Below are positions 19,190 to 28,103 of a stretch of DNA of 64,000 nucleotides, one piece after another. A model generated the notes under the pieces. It saw only the letters and a list, made by a program, of their open reading frames with translations. It made no database searches and was not told the origin of the DNA. The DNA comes from a virus. The translations under genes were made by a program, and so were the position numbers. Location: IMG/VR virus record IMGVR_UViG_3300044800_000286; one strand, given 5' to 3'. Position 1 is the stretch's first letter; every line of letters begins with the position of its first letter.

Positions 19190-21679
19190 CTAGCGTATGA
19201 ACAAAATCACGGGCTTCGCCGACGATGGTGGTGGCGGCGGGGGTGGCGGCGGGGGCGTTGGGCTACTCGCCACAAAGTTCCCAGCGCTCCATGCCGTAAT
19301 CGAAGCGTTCGACAGAGAGCCTTCTGGGATCACGAGAATGCCGGGAGCGCCAGAAGCCATGCCGGAATCGGACACGACACCCAAAAGCAAATCGTTCCAG
19401 TAAAGCATTATGCCGGTGCCGATGACGACGCCGGTCAGGGTATCGCCAGTGTTCAACGTTGCGCTGCCTGTTGCCAAGGACGAGGACGAACCGTTGAGAA
19501 ACTTCTGAATAGTCCAAGTTCCGCCTGATCCCGTGCTGCCATTCCAGTAAAGGCGATATGCGGTTTGCGCCGTGTATAGGGGATTGAACCCGGAGCGCAA
19601 AATGCCGCCGACATAGGAACTGGAAGAACAGGCACCGACAGTTATCCGGAACCATTGGTCGTCATTCCAAGTGAGAGCGCCCCAGTAAGAATCGGCATTG
19701 TCCCCCAGAACGGCCGACCGGTATGTGTTGCTTGCGGTTGTTCCCGCGCAATAGTTGCCGCTGGAAACTACTCGCTGGACCCAACTGCCGCTCAATGCGC
19801 CGCTAAAGTTGTCCGATGCCAAGGTATTGAAGTTGAATTCCGGTTCGCCAACGATGGGAACGTTCAGGACGCCTTGGTTGCCGGCGAACAACAAAGCGGG
19901 AGTTGTTGAATACGCAACGGCCAAATTAACGTTGTACGTAGCTCCATTGCCCGTCCCAGCGGTATAAAACAGATACACGTTGCCGAGAGCCGACATGATG
20001 CATGGATCGGCAACTTGACCGTTTAGGCTACCAACGCCTTCATCCGCCACGGTCCGATAGTAAGGGAAGAAGCCAAGAGCAGTCCAAGGACCCGCCGGGC
20101 TCGTGGCGCTCCACATCATCAGGTCATTGGGAAGCTGTGGGACGGCGGCGGGAAAGGAATTCGGAACTACTTGGCCATAAGCGTAATACTTGCCTCCGAC
20201 CGCGATGAAGCCAAGAGCGGAAGCGCCGTTCCACGTCTGGCCGTTCGCCAGCGTGCCTCCATCGAAAGCAGCAACAGGATTGCCTCCGTCTTTCGACCAA
20301 TCGATCAAGTCAGTCGAAGTTACCAGCCCTTGGTAATACTCCACGGTGGATGCGCTCGTAGTCTGGGCACCCCAATAGTATCCATACCAAGTTCCGCTCG
20401 CGATCCCAGCAACATTGAGTTGTCCGACACCGGCGGAATCGAACCCCGATACTCCCAAGGCAACGGCATTTGCGTTCTGGAGAGCCCAAGACAAGCCGTC
20501 CGAGCATGTATAAACCTTGATCGGAACCCCATAAAGGGCGGAGGTGCAATACAAATAGTACGTGATCCCAACCTTGACAACACGCGGTCCGAAAGCGCCG
20601 CCAGTAGCTCCCGGCAACGTGATGGGATTGCCGCTGTATTGGCTCCAAGTTAGGCCATCCGCCGATTCGGCGTAATAAAGCTTGGTGGTTCCCGAACTCT
20701 CGTACCACATCTTGAAAATCCTGCCATCCGGATTAGCCGGCAGGATTCGTGGATTGATGTCATAAATAACGGTAGGCTGCTCCGGCTGGAATGCGCCGGA
20801 AGCACCGATCACCGCCCCTTTGTTCGTCCACCAATTGAAGTTGGGCGTGAAACAGATGTTGTACACGCTGTCGTTGAGGATCGTTATGGTCCGGTTGGCT
20901 GGATTGAATGTCACTCCAGGCGATGTCGGAGTAACCGTATAAGTTCCGTTCGCCAAGCTGGGAATGGAATAGCTTCCGTCGCTTGCCGCAGTCGTTGAGC
21001 CCAATGCCGTTCCCGTCCAAGAAACGGCAGCTCCCGAGACCCCGGCATTGCCCCAGATGGCCTGGGTGACTGCCACGGCTGGAAGAGAGACGATAGCGGC
21101 GGCATACTGGTTGGCAGCGCTGCCGGGGCAGAAATAGTTTTTCTTGCTGCTGACGATCTGGTAATAGCTGTCGTAGTAGCTGGCGTTGGAAGTAGGCCCA
21201 GCGGTCCAGCCGGTCGGAGTGCTTTGGGCGGCGTTGTTGCAAATAAACGCGGCAACCAGAGCTTCATTGGCTTGCGTCACGGCGAGAGCGGGAGTGGTCG
21301 GGATGTCATTGCCGGAATTTCCGCCCGACAAGTCAAAGCCGGAAACGCCGCTGAACATCAAGCCGCCGACTGTCGGAGAGGAAACGGCTCCTGAAAAAGC
21401 AACCGTGAGCGTGAGAGCCCCGCCAGTAGCGATGGTGGAGACAAACAATGCGACATTGTATCCGCTGGGGGCGTACTGTATTGAGTTGGGCGCTAGAACC
21501 CAAGCGTTGTGCCCATCGGTAATCCCCGTGGGATAATAGGCGGCTGTATTCCAATACACGAAGGCGACAGCAACCCAACCGGCGGTCAGCGACGAATCGG
21601 TCGTAAAGCCGGTGAAGCTGGAAGTGGGGCCGCCCGTTGAGGCGATAGTGCCCAGGGAACCTTGATATTGGATAGGCAT
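19190..21679 (-). CDS. large beta-rich virion surface protein with a GH43/32-like beta-propeller
   Basis: S/T/G/A-rich; repeated YAESADGLTW / VTSTDLIDW Asp-box-like motifs, ADP motif, GTYTVTP Ig-like domain, poly-Pro tail. Confidence 0.6.
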   Translation of the reverse strand: MPIQYQGSLGTIASTGGPTSSFTGFTTDSSLTAGWVAVAFVYWNTAAYYPTGITDGHNAWVLAPNSIQYAPSGYNVALFVSTIATGGALTLTVAFSGAVSSPTVGGLMFSGVSGFDLSGGNSGNDIPTTPALAVTQANEALVAAFICNNAAQSTPTGWTAGPTSNASYYDSYYQIVSSKKNYFCPGSAANQYAAAIVSLPAVAVTQAIWGNAGVSGAAVSWTGTALGSTTAASDGSYSIPSLANGTYTVTPTSPGVTFNPANRTITILNDSVYNICFTPNFNWWTNKGAVIGASGAFQPEQPTVIYDINPRILPANPDGRIFKMWYESSGTTKLYYAESADGLTWSQYSGNPITLPGATGGAFGPRVVKVGITYYLYCTSALYGVPIKVYTCSDGLSWALQNANAVALGVSGFDSAGVGQLNVAGIASGTWYGYYWGAQTTSASTVEYYQGLVTSTDLIDWSKDGGNPVAAFDGGTLANGQTWNGASALGFIAVGGKYYAYGQVVPNSFPAAVPQLPNDLMMWSATSPAGPWTALGFFPYYRTVADEGVGSLNGQVADPCIMSALGNVYLFYTAGTGNGATYNVNLAVAYSTTPALLFAGNQGVLNVPIVGEPEFNFNTLASDNFSGALSGSWVQRVVSSGNYCAGTTASNTYRSAVLGDNADSYWGALTWNDDQWFRITVGACSSSSYVGGILRSGFNPLYTAQTAYRLYWNGSTGSGGTWTIQKFLNGSSSSLATGSATLNTGDTLTGVVIGTGIMLYWNDLLLGVVSDSGMASGAPGILVIPEGSLSNASITAWSAGNFVASSPTPPPPPPPPPPSSAKPVILFIR

Positions 21680-21682
21680 CGG

Positions 21683-23344
21683 TTATCCGTTTCCTACTAG
21701 CGTCAAGCAAATATCCGCGAGCGTTGCGTCCGCCGTGCCCGGACCATCAACCTCAAGAATATCCGAAGCGCTGAAGCTGATCGCGGAGGCTTGCGTGTAC
21801 GTGCCCGTTTCCCCCGCCGGAGGACTGCCCGTTTCGCTCCCGAAGACGCATGTCGCAAACGGAACGCCGTTCTTGCTGAACGAGAAGGTCGTGCCGAGGG
21901 TCGCTCCCGTGCCCGCGGTCGCGAGCGAGAGCGTGGCATTGATCGGGAAGGTCATCGGTATTCCGAGGGGTCCACGGAAAAGTATCTGGCTGTCCGTGCC
22001 GACGCCCGGAGCGAAGATGCACAGCGGTTTCGGGACCGCGGGCAATTCCAGCGTGATGGGATTCGTGCCGCCAACCGTGATCGAGGAGTTGGGAGAGGTG
22101 ATGGTCACGGAGCCGGTCTCGGTGTTGAGGCTGCTGACGCCGGCGCTTCCGCCGCCCGCGGGAACATTCCAAGTCCCGTCCGCCCTAAGAAAATATGTCG
22201 CCGCCTCGACGGCGGTGGAGGCGGGAACGAGACCTGCGACGCCGCTCGTCGGGGGGGAAGCCACGGCTCCGACGAAGGTCGGGACCGAACCCCATGCCGC
22301 TGCTGTTGGGCTTGACGCGACAAGAACTTTACCCGCCGAAGGCGCTGTAATGGAAATGACCACGCCGTTCAGATCGAGCGGACCTGTGATTCCGACGCTT
22401 CCCGCGGTGAGTCCTCCGGTGATACTCACAGTTGCATTAGCAGACCCGATGTTGATAACTTCTCCGGAATGAACAGTTCCAATGCCTATAGTGCCGGCGT
22501 CCAGATAGGCGGTGCCTGAAAGAGCCCTTATTGCTACCCCGTTTGCTCCCGTGGCGCTCGCGGAAATGATGATGCCGCCCACACCAGCGTTACTCTCCGT
22601 GATGTTGATGCCAGAGGTGGAGTTGTCGGCGATGTTGAGACCCAGGTTGGCGGAGTTCACCGTGGCTGGGAGAGTTACCGTGCCTGTGAAGGTCGGTGAA
22701 GCCGATGGTGCCGCCCCAAGATTGATAAGCGCCTGCGCTCCGGTTGTAGCTGCCGTGCCGCCCTGCCCGATCTGCGCGATGCCCGAGATGCGGGAGAAAT
22801 CGTTGAACCCGGCGATGAACAAGACCCCGACGGTCCCGCTGTTGTAGCTCAGGACGTACCCCACGGACTGCTCCGGGGCTGGAGGACTGAGGGGACGAGT
22901 AAGAGTGATCCCGCCCTTGTCAACGGCGGACAAGTAGACTTCCTGCCCGATGCTTGAAACGCTGAAGTCGCCATGCGTGTCGGCGTAGTAGAAGATGCCG
23001 GAAAAGGCAACGGTGACCGGGCTACCGATGCCAGCAGTCTGACTGACGAATCCGGAGGCCAGCACAGGATACGAGCCTGACGGCGGAGTACCTGTTGTGC
23101 CAGCATAAGCAAGCTGCACGTACAGTGTACTGCCCGACTCATAGAGGTTCACGAGGTTGCCGGAGAACAAAGCCTCGCCCGTTGTCGCCACGGTGCCCAG
23201 TTGCAGCAATGTAGAATCAACGACACCGTTTGAATTCAGGGCGACCGGAGCGCCCGGCACGCCTGGCCCGACAACCGCGGCATAGGCGACATCCACGAGG
23301 TTCGTGAGCGGGTTGAATACGCAAATCTGTGTTGGATTAGTCAT
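21683..23344 (-). CDS. tail fibre or structural protein
   Basis: GGTAATT..AL.NLG, SPTFTGTV, FLRADGTW and GVSSLN fibre-type motifs; start moved to ATG 23344 (ATGA coupling). Confidence 0.7.
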   Translation of the reverse strand: MTNPTQICVFNPLTNLVDVAYAAVVGPGVPGAPVALNSNGVVDSTLLQLGTVATTGEALFSGNLVNLYESGSTLYVQLAYAGTTGTPPSGSYPVLASGFVSQTAGIGSPVTVAFSGIFYYADTHGDFSVSSIGQEVYLSAVDKGGITLTRPLSPPAPEQSVGYVLSYNSGTVGVLFIAGFNDFSRISGIAQIGQGGTAATTGAQALINLGAAPSASPTFTGTVTLPATVNSANLGLNIADNSTSGINITESNAGVGGIIISASATGANGVAIRALSGTAYLDAGTIGIGTVHSGEVINIGSANATVSITGGLTAGSVGITGPLDLNGVVISITAPSAGKVLVASSPTAAAWGSVPTFVGAVASPPTSGVAGLVPASTAVEAATYFLRADGTWNVPAGGGSAGVSSLNTETGSVTITSPNSSITVGGTNPITLELPAVPKPLCIFAPGVGTDSQILFRGPLGIPMTFPINATLSLATAGTGATLGTTFSFSKNGVPFATCVFGSETGSPPAGETGTYTQASAISFSASDILEVDGPGTADATLADICLTLVGNG

Positions 23345-25026
23345 CGTGTTCTCGCTGGCCACTGCATCCGCTTGTGCTTGAATTCCTTCAGTTCCGGGAA
23401 GTCGTTCTCGGCATCGGCATCGACCAGTTGGTTCGCCGGGTTCCGCGGCGTGCGGTCGAACTTCGGGGAGTTGCCCTGGTCCCAGAGGTTGGGGCTGCGG
23501 CTCTCCTGCTCGCCGGGCTCCATTACCTGGCCGCTGTTGTGGACAAACACGCCAGCGGACAAAGCAAAATTGTGATATTTGTCTACAGAGATGTCGTACA
23601 CGTCCGCCGTACCCCAATGCGTAACCGAAACCACCTTATGGTTCAAGAATGAAGAACACAGTCCGCATAGGGGGCTGACAGTGCTTCTTTTAACATGCCA
23701 GCGGTCCTGGTTAGTTCTCATCCTAACTTCATCCATGTGCTTGCGGTGATTCGGGTCACTCCAGACTCTTTTTGCTTTCTCTTTCATGCGAACCGAGCTT
23801 TGCTGCCTAAAATCAGCATCCTGCCATAGACTTTTCCACAACTTGCTTTGCCGCTCGCCCGACTTTCTCCCGCCTTCTTCGGACTTGTTCCAAGGTACGA
23901 GTTGCGTTTTGCCTCGTTCAGCGGCTCTTTTACGGTCTTCCTGAGAAAGATTGACTTTCGGTACTCGCTTAAAGGGTGTCGGCTTTCCCGCCCACTGAGC
24001 GTTGAGCCTTAGCATATTTTGCCCGCGCGCCATTCGGGCCTTCTCGGTGACAATTGAGCCCCCCAAGCTCTGATGCAGCTTCAAATGGTCTTCCCATTTT
24101 ATCAACATCAGATTGTCGGGAGAATTGTTGAACCTGTTCAAATCCTCGTGGTGGCGAACATAGCCCTTGGGACAGCGGGCTTCCGCAAAACGGTGCGTGA
24201 ATTTCCAAGAGTCGTCTCCCGGCTGATAGGTGGTTTGATACTTATTGCCTCCAGCTTCCAATGGAGCCGAATCTCGATACAACGGCATGAGAGAATCCCC
24301 GGTCTCAAGCAATTCAGCCGCTTTGTACTCACCGTTTCGCATCAAAAACGGATGGTTAGGGGTGCATTTTATAGTTTCGCCGTTATCCAATGTCACCGCC
24401 AGAACGGCTGCGTCCTTTAGGGTTAGACGAGCAGAATGCCCAAGCCCTGGCCTGAGCAGACCCCCATCATTGAGCGAGTAGACCCAAAATTTATTCCTTC
24501 CGACAAGATCGCTCATGGCGACCTCAGTTCCGTCTAGCAGCGGAACCTTAGTATCTCCCGTCAGACAAATGTCGTATCCGTAAGCCGTGACGCGCTTGCT
24601 GCTTTTCTTGATCGCGAGGGCGGTGAGCCCGTCAAGGATGCCGCCGATCTTCAGGAGCGAATACGATGCGTGGGCGGCTGCGGATTTGTAATTCTTTTCC
24701 GCGGCGTACCGCACCGCAGCCTCGAAATCGCGTTGCGCATTTTGCAGCATGCGGAACATGTCCGGGCGGTTCGGCACCTCTTTTGCGGCTTTTTCCAGCC
24801 CGAGGATAAGCTCCCGGAGATTCGGCTCGGTCTCCGCGAATAGCTGTTCGTCCGCGGGGTTGTCTTTCCAGAGAAGGAAGATATCATCGTAGACGCCCCG
24901 CAAGTAGCTGATCTCCCCCGGCCACATGGCGCTGGACTGGAGAAGCTCGCTCCGGAACCGTGGGGGGGTCTGGAGCGGGGCTAGCCCCGAGGCGGACAGC
25001 TTGGCGATGGAAAGGCGTACAGGCAT
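23341..25026 (-). CDS. hypothetical (possibly virion) protein containing an intein
   Basis: Exteins total about 217 aa with no recognisable enzyme motif; GGGAG RBS before ATG 25026. Confidence 0.75.
   Translation of the reverse strand: MPVRLSIAKLSASGLAPLQTPPRFRSELLQSSAMWPGEISYLRGVYDDIFLLWKDNPADEQLFAETEPNLRELILGLEKAAKEVPNRPDMFRMLQNAQRDFEAAVRYAAEKNYKSAAAHASYSLLKIGGILDGLTALAIKKSSKRVTAYGYDICLTGDTKVPLLDGTEVAMSDLVGRNKFWVYSLNDGGLLRPGLGHSARLTLKDAAVLAVTLDNGETIKCTPNHPFLMRNGEYKAAELLETGDSLMPLYRDSAPLEAGGNKYQTTYQPGDDSWKFTHRFAEARCPKGYVRHHEDLNRFNNSPDNLMLIKWEDHLKLHQSLGGSIVTEKARMARGQNMLRLNAQWAGKPTPFKRVPKVNLSQEDRKRAAERGKTQLVPWNKSEEGGRKSGERQSKLWKSLWQDADFRQQSSVRMKEKAKRVWSDPNHRKHMDEVRMRTNQDRWHVKRSTVSPLCGLCSSFLNHKVVSVTHWGTADVYDISVDKYHNFALSAGVFVHNSGQVMEPGEQESRSPNLWDQGNSPKFDRTPRNPANQLVDADAENDFPELKEFKHKRMQWPARTR
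23536..24567 (-). mobile_element. intein with HNH endonuclease (344 aa)
   Basis: I|CLTGDTKVPLLDG, block B CTPNHPF, HHEDLNRFNNSPDNL (HNH), VYDISVDKYHNF...VFVHN|S. Confidence 0.9.
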
Positions 25027-25138
25027 AAGGCTCCCTATGAAGAGAGCCCAAAAGTTCAATCAAATCTAGGTGATGGCATACTGATTCCGGACTTCCTATA
25101 AATGCTTTCTCAAGTTCAAGATAACGTCCAACGGGGCC

Positions 25139-25426
25139 TCAAGCTTTGCCTGTGTCCGCTTGGGCGGATTGTATGGGTCCACCGCCTGTGCCGCCACTCT
25201 TCACCGCCTCGATGTCGATTGTCCTGTTCGGGAAGTACCGCACGCAAAATCCCGGCTTTTCCGGGTGGCGGCCGACCTGAAGCTGGCCCTCGCCGCCCAG
25301 GGCGGCGATCTTCTCGTCGGCGAAAAATAGCTCCCTGCCCTCGGCGATCCTGTACCCGAGGTTATCGATCAGGAAAGCCAAAGCCTGGAGGAGAAGCTGC
25401 TGGTTCTGCACCGTGGTCTGGTTCAA
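25139..25426 (-). CDS. hypothetical protein
   Basis: TTG start coupled to the upstream TGA. Confidence 0.55.
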   Translation of the reverse strand: MNQTTVQNQQLLLQALAFLIDNLGYRIAEGRELFFADEKIAALGGEGQLQVGRHPEKPGFCVRYFPNRTIDIEAVKSGGTGGGPIQSAQADTGKA

Positions 25427-25812
25427 GGCTTGATCCCCACGTCGCTCAGGAATTTCCTGTCGTCTTCCGTGAAGGTCGAGCACTCGGCGGCCTTCCTTGC
25501 GTCCAGCCTGCGGAGCGCCTCCGAGTACGAAGCGCACGGGGCCGGACCCTCCTTGTCAAGCCCGTACAGGTCGGCGCACCCGACGCAGTGCTGCCCCGGC
25601 ATATGCTCGTGACCTTCAATCGGGCACCGGGGATGGACCGGCTCGATGGAGTCGGCAACTCGGTCGAACAGCTTCAAAATCCGCCTCTCCTCCAATGAGA
25701 ACACAAGCGGCGGCGACCCGGTGAGCGTGAATGCGAAAAGGCGCTCCCGTTGCGGCTCGGACAGGTCGGACCGGTTGAATGAATTCCACCAAGATTTGCT
25801 GTTTTCATCCAT
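25423..25812 (-). CDS. hypothetical protein
   Basis: MDENSKSWW..., with a Cys cluster. Confidence 0.6.
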   Translation of the reverse strand: MDENSKSWWNSFNRSDLSEPQRERLFAFTLTGSPPLVFSLEERRILKLFDRVADSIEPVHPRCPIEGHEHMPGQHCVGCADLYGLDKEGPAPCASYSEALRRLDARKAAECSTFTEDDRKFLSDVGIKP

Positions 25813-25822
25813 GTCGCCGCCT

Positions 25823-25858
25823 AAAAAGCGGGGAGGCGGAATGCCTCCCGTCTCCCCC
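25823..25858 (-). terminator. intrinsic terminator
   Basis: GGGGAGACGG-loop-CCGCCUCCCC followed by GCUUUUU. Confidence 0.55.
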
Positions 25859-25958
25859 GTGCTCAATACCCTCATCACCGAGCGCAACCCGCGCGACTTC
25901 CGGAAGATTCAGCGACGGAGTCTGTTGCCGATGCCTGTTGAGTGTTGCCGCATGTCTC

Positions 25959-26129
25959 CTAATACTGGGCCCATGCGTGTTTCGGGCAATTCTCGTACTC
26001 GTGCTCCTTGGACCCGCGGTAATCGCACCGACGAGCCCGCGGGTTGCCCTGTCCTTCCCGAGTCTTCGGGCAATACTTCGTCTCGTGTTCGTGGCTACCG
26101 CAGTACGTGCAGTATGGCCGTTTGCTCAT
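25959..26129 (-). CDS. small protein with tandem CCHC zinc knuckles
   Basis: CTYCGSHEHETKYC (CX2CX4HX4C) and degenerate CDYRGSKEHEYENC; ATGA coupling. Confidence 0.7.
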   Translation of the reverse strand: MSKRPYCTYCGSHEHETKYCPKTREGQGNPRARRCDYRGSKEHEYENCPKHAWAQY

Positions 26130-26791
26130 ACTTCGATGACCCAAGGCTGATTGGTCGGATTATACGCTTCAGTGCAGATGGCGGCGTTGATGAACGTGGT
26201 ATTCACGTACACGGCTTTGCCGTACCCGCCGTGGATATGGCCGAAAACGTGGATTTTCGGCTTCGTGCGCTCGACGGCTTTCATAAGCTCCTCGCAGCCT
26301 ATATGTTCAGAATCTCGTTGCGGCTTGATCCGGTCGAGTATGCCTGTCGGGGGGCCATGGGTGATCAGGATGTCCAGACCCTCGGGGATCAAGTCCCATT
26401 TTTCCTTGATGGGCTTCCCTCGATCAAGGTTGAAAGCCCAGTCGAGGAACCTCGGCTGCCATGGGCTACCATAAATTTTCAACCCCTCAACGGTCGTGGC
26501 GCTGTCTTGAAGGTAGATGACCTCGGGCTTGCGTTCATTGCCGATCAGACCTTGGTTAAGAAGAGTCTGCGCCATCATGCGATTTTTCTCGAACAGCCAG
26601 TCGTGATTCCCGGCGACGAAAATCTTGTGCTTATGGGGGAGGGAACGAAACCACACACCAAATGCAGCAACCTCATTCACGCGCCCGATATTGGTGCCGT
26701 CGCCCGCATGGATCAGGATGTCGCCGTCAGGAATGGGTGCGGACATCCTGTCATGTAGGCCGTGGGTATCGGAAATGCATACGATTCTCAT
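26126..26791 (-). CDS. metallophosphoesterase (MPPED/239FB-like)
   Basis: ISDTHG, HAGD, AGNHD, THGPP, FGHIH; start at ATG 26791 after CAGTATCA-N6. Confidence 0.9.
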   Translation of the reverse strand: MRIVCISDTHGLHDRMSAPIPDGDILIHAGDGTNIGRVNEVAAFGVWFRSLPHKHKIFVAGNHDWLFEKNRMMAQTLLNQGLIGNERKPEVIYLQDSATTVEGLKIYGSPWQPRFLDWAFNLDRGKPIKEKWDLIPEGLDILITHGPPTGILDRIKPQRDSEHIGCEELMKAVERTKPKIHVFGHIHGGYGKAVYVNTTFINAAICTEAYNPTNQPWVIEV

Positions 26792-26818
26792 GTTATTTGA
26801 TACTGCAATCCTTATAAT

Positions 26819-27007
26819 GTGGACGAGATTCTTTGTTTCTACGGATGCGGAAGGCCCGCCAAGTTCGGCAACCTCAGAGGCGCGAATGGCGGGGACCCGC
26901 CTCGTTGCGCCGCTAAACGGTCGGAGTGTCCTGCGATAGCACAGGCGGCGATCAGGGCGGCGAAAAGGGCCGGGCGGCTGGGACGCGGGTGGCGCAGCAG
27001 GCTCTAA
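26819..27007 (+). CDS. possible small protein convergent on the tRNA array
   Basis: LCFYGCGRPAKF motif; TATAAT immediately upstream. Confidence 0.35.
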   Translation: MDEILCFYGCGRPAKFGNLRGANGGDPPRCAAKRSECPAIAQAAIRAAKRAGRLGRGWRSRL

Positions 27008-27009
27008 AT

Positions 27010-27084
27010 TGGCAGCCTCGATGGGTATCGATCCCACTTTCCGGCCTTGAAAGGGCCGTGTCCTAGCCAGTAGACGACGAGGCC
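27010..27084 (-). tRNA. tRNA-Glu(TTC)
   Basis: Cloverleaf; CGGCC-CU UUC AA-GGCCG; encoded CCA. Confidence 0.9.
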
Positions 27085-27090
27085 AAACTA

Positions 27091-27600
27091 TTACTCGAAC
27101 GTCCGCCCTTTGTAAAGAGCGGCCTCGTCCAAGAAAACCTGTCTAGTTCTTTTGGAGTGTTCTATGCGATGACAGATCGAGCACAACAAAACACACTTAT
27201 CTAACTCGCGCTTGATGTATTCCCAAGCTCGATTGGCGACTCCGCCAATCGTAAAATCCTTTTCACCTTTGCAGTGATGAAACTCCAGACCTGCGGGATG
27301 TTTGTCATACCCGCACTGGATGCATTTTCCACCAAGATACATAATGGCTGCGTTCTTCGCCCGAATACGGCGTATCATCGTGTTACAGGACTGACATCTA
27401 GTCCGATGCCGAATATTTTTTCCTAAACCCCCGCCACAAAGTTTACACTTTGAGGGAATAGGTGCCGCCATTCGTTTTGTTTTCAACCCCAATTTAGCCA
27501 ACCAGTACCGCACATTAGATTGGCAGGTGTTGAATTCATCAGCGATCTGACGCTGTGTCAAACCCCTTTCAATGGCTTGTAATACATCGGCACTGTTCAT
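27091..27600 (-). CDS. HTH + HNH homing endonuclease within the tRNA array
   Basis: N-terminal HTH; GGKCIQCGY...LEFHH...KCVLLCSICHRIEH. Confidence 0.85.
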   Translation of the reverse strand: MNSADVLQAIERGLTQRQIADEFNTCQSNVRYWLAKLGLKTKRMAAPIPSKCKLCGGGLGKNIRHRTRCQSCNTMIRRIRAKNAAIMYLGGKCIQCGYDKHPAGLEFHHCKGEKDFTIGGVANRAWEYIKRELDKCVLLCSICHRIEHSKRTRQVFLDEAALYKGRTFE

Positions 27601-27650
27601 TTGTATCTCCTTTGATGCTCTACCGTTGAGCTATATCTAAGGGATACAAA
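27600..27650 (-). promoter_or_regulatory. RBS-sequestering hairpin upstream of the HNH gene, with a tRNA D-arm-like loop
   Basis: UUUGUAUCCCUU pairs with AAGG(A)GAUACAAA; loop contains AUAGCUCAACGGUAGAGCA. Confidence 0.6.
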
Positions 27651-27660
27651 GTCAAAAAAT

Positions 27661-27736
27661 TGGTCCCAAGAGTGGCGCTCGAATCCACGTACTCCTGCTC
27701 TTCAGACAGGCGCTAATCCATCTCAGCTATCTTGGG
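27661..27736 (-). tRNA. tRNA-Phe(GAA)
   Basis: CCUGU-CU GAA GA-GCAGG; CCA. Confidence 0.88.
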
Positions 27737-27746
27737 TTCAAACTCT

Positions 27747-27822
27747 TGGTGCGCCCGGAGTGAATCGAACACTCCACCCCTGCCGTGTCAAGGCAGTGCT
27801 CTAACCGATGAGCTACGGGCGC
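27747..27822 (-). tRNA. tRNA-Val(GAC)
   Basis: CUGCC-UU GAC AC-GGCAG; CCA. Confidence 0.95.
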
Positions 27823-27826
27823 AAAC

Positions 27827-27863
27827 TGGGGGGCGGCTTATACAGTACCCTTTTTTGCCGCCC
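27827..27863 (-). ncRNA. 37-nt acceptor-stem microhelix ending in CCCA
   Basis: GGGCGGC/GCCGCCC 7-bp stem, 19-nt loop, discriminator plus CCA; same GUUU spacers as the tRNAs. Confidence 0.6.
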
Positions 27864-27867
27864 AAAC

Positions 27868-27932
27868 TGGACCGCCCCGTTTGCCTTGCGGCACCTAAGG
27901 TAGCTTCGCGAAAGCCACGATGGCCGAGACGG
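27868..27932 (-). ncRNA. 65-nt tRNA-like RNA ending in UCCA
   Basis: CCGUCUCG/CGGGGCGG stem; internal hairpins GUGGCUU/AAGCUAC and UGCC-GCAA-GGCA. Confidence 0.6.
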
Positions 27933-27939
27933 ATAAACC

Positions 27940-28016
27940 TGGTGGACAGGACACCTTAAGGATTTTACGCATCCCTTTAGCGGGGCGTTTCCCCTCTATG
28001 CGGACGCAACCCGCCC
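27940..28016 (-). ncRNA. 77-nt tRNA-like RNA with G3:U70-type acceptor and ACCA, no T-loop
   Basis: GGGCGGG/CCUGUCC-ACCA; internal hairpin AGGGAU-GCGUAAA-AUCCUU. Confidence 0.6.
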
Positions 28017-28023
28017 TCAAACC

Positions 28024-28097
28024 TGGTGGAGCCACGGGGATTCGAACCCCGGTTTCATCGCTGCGAACGATGTGTTCTCCCGCTGAACTATGGCCCC
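28024..28097 (-). tRNA. tRNA-Ala(CGC)
   Basis: CAUCG-UU CGC AG-CGAUG; G3:U70; CCA. Confidence 0.95.
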
Positions 28098-28103
28098 GAA
28101 ACC

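Noticed and set aside
27091-27650. Group I intron interrupting a tRNA
   Set aside because: No 3' tRNA exon or intron core; the HNH stop is 6 nt from an intact tRNA-Glu.
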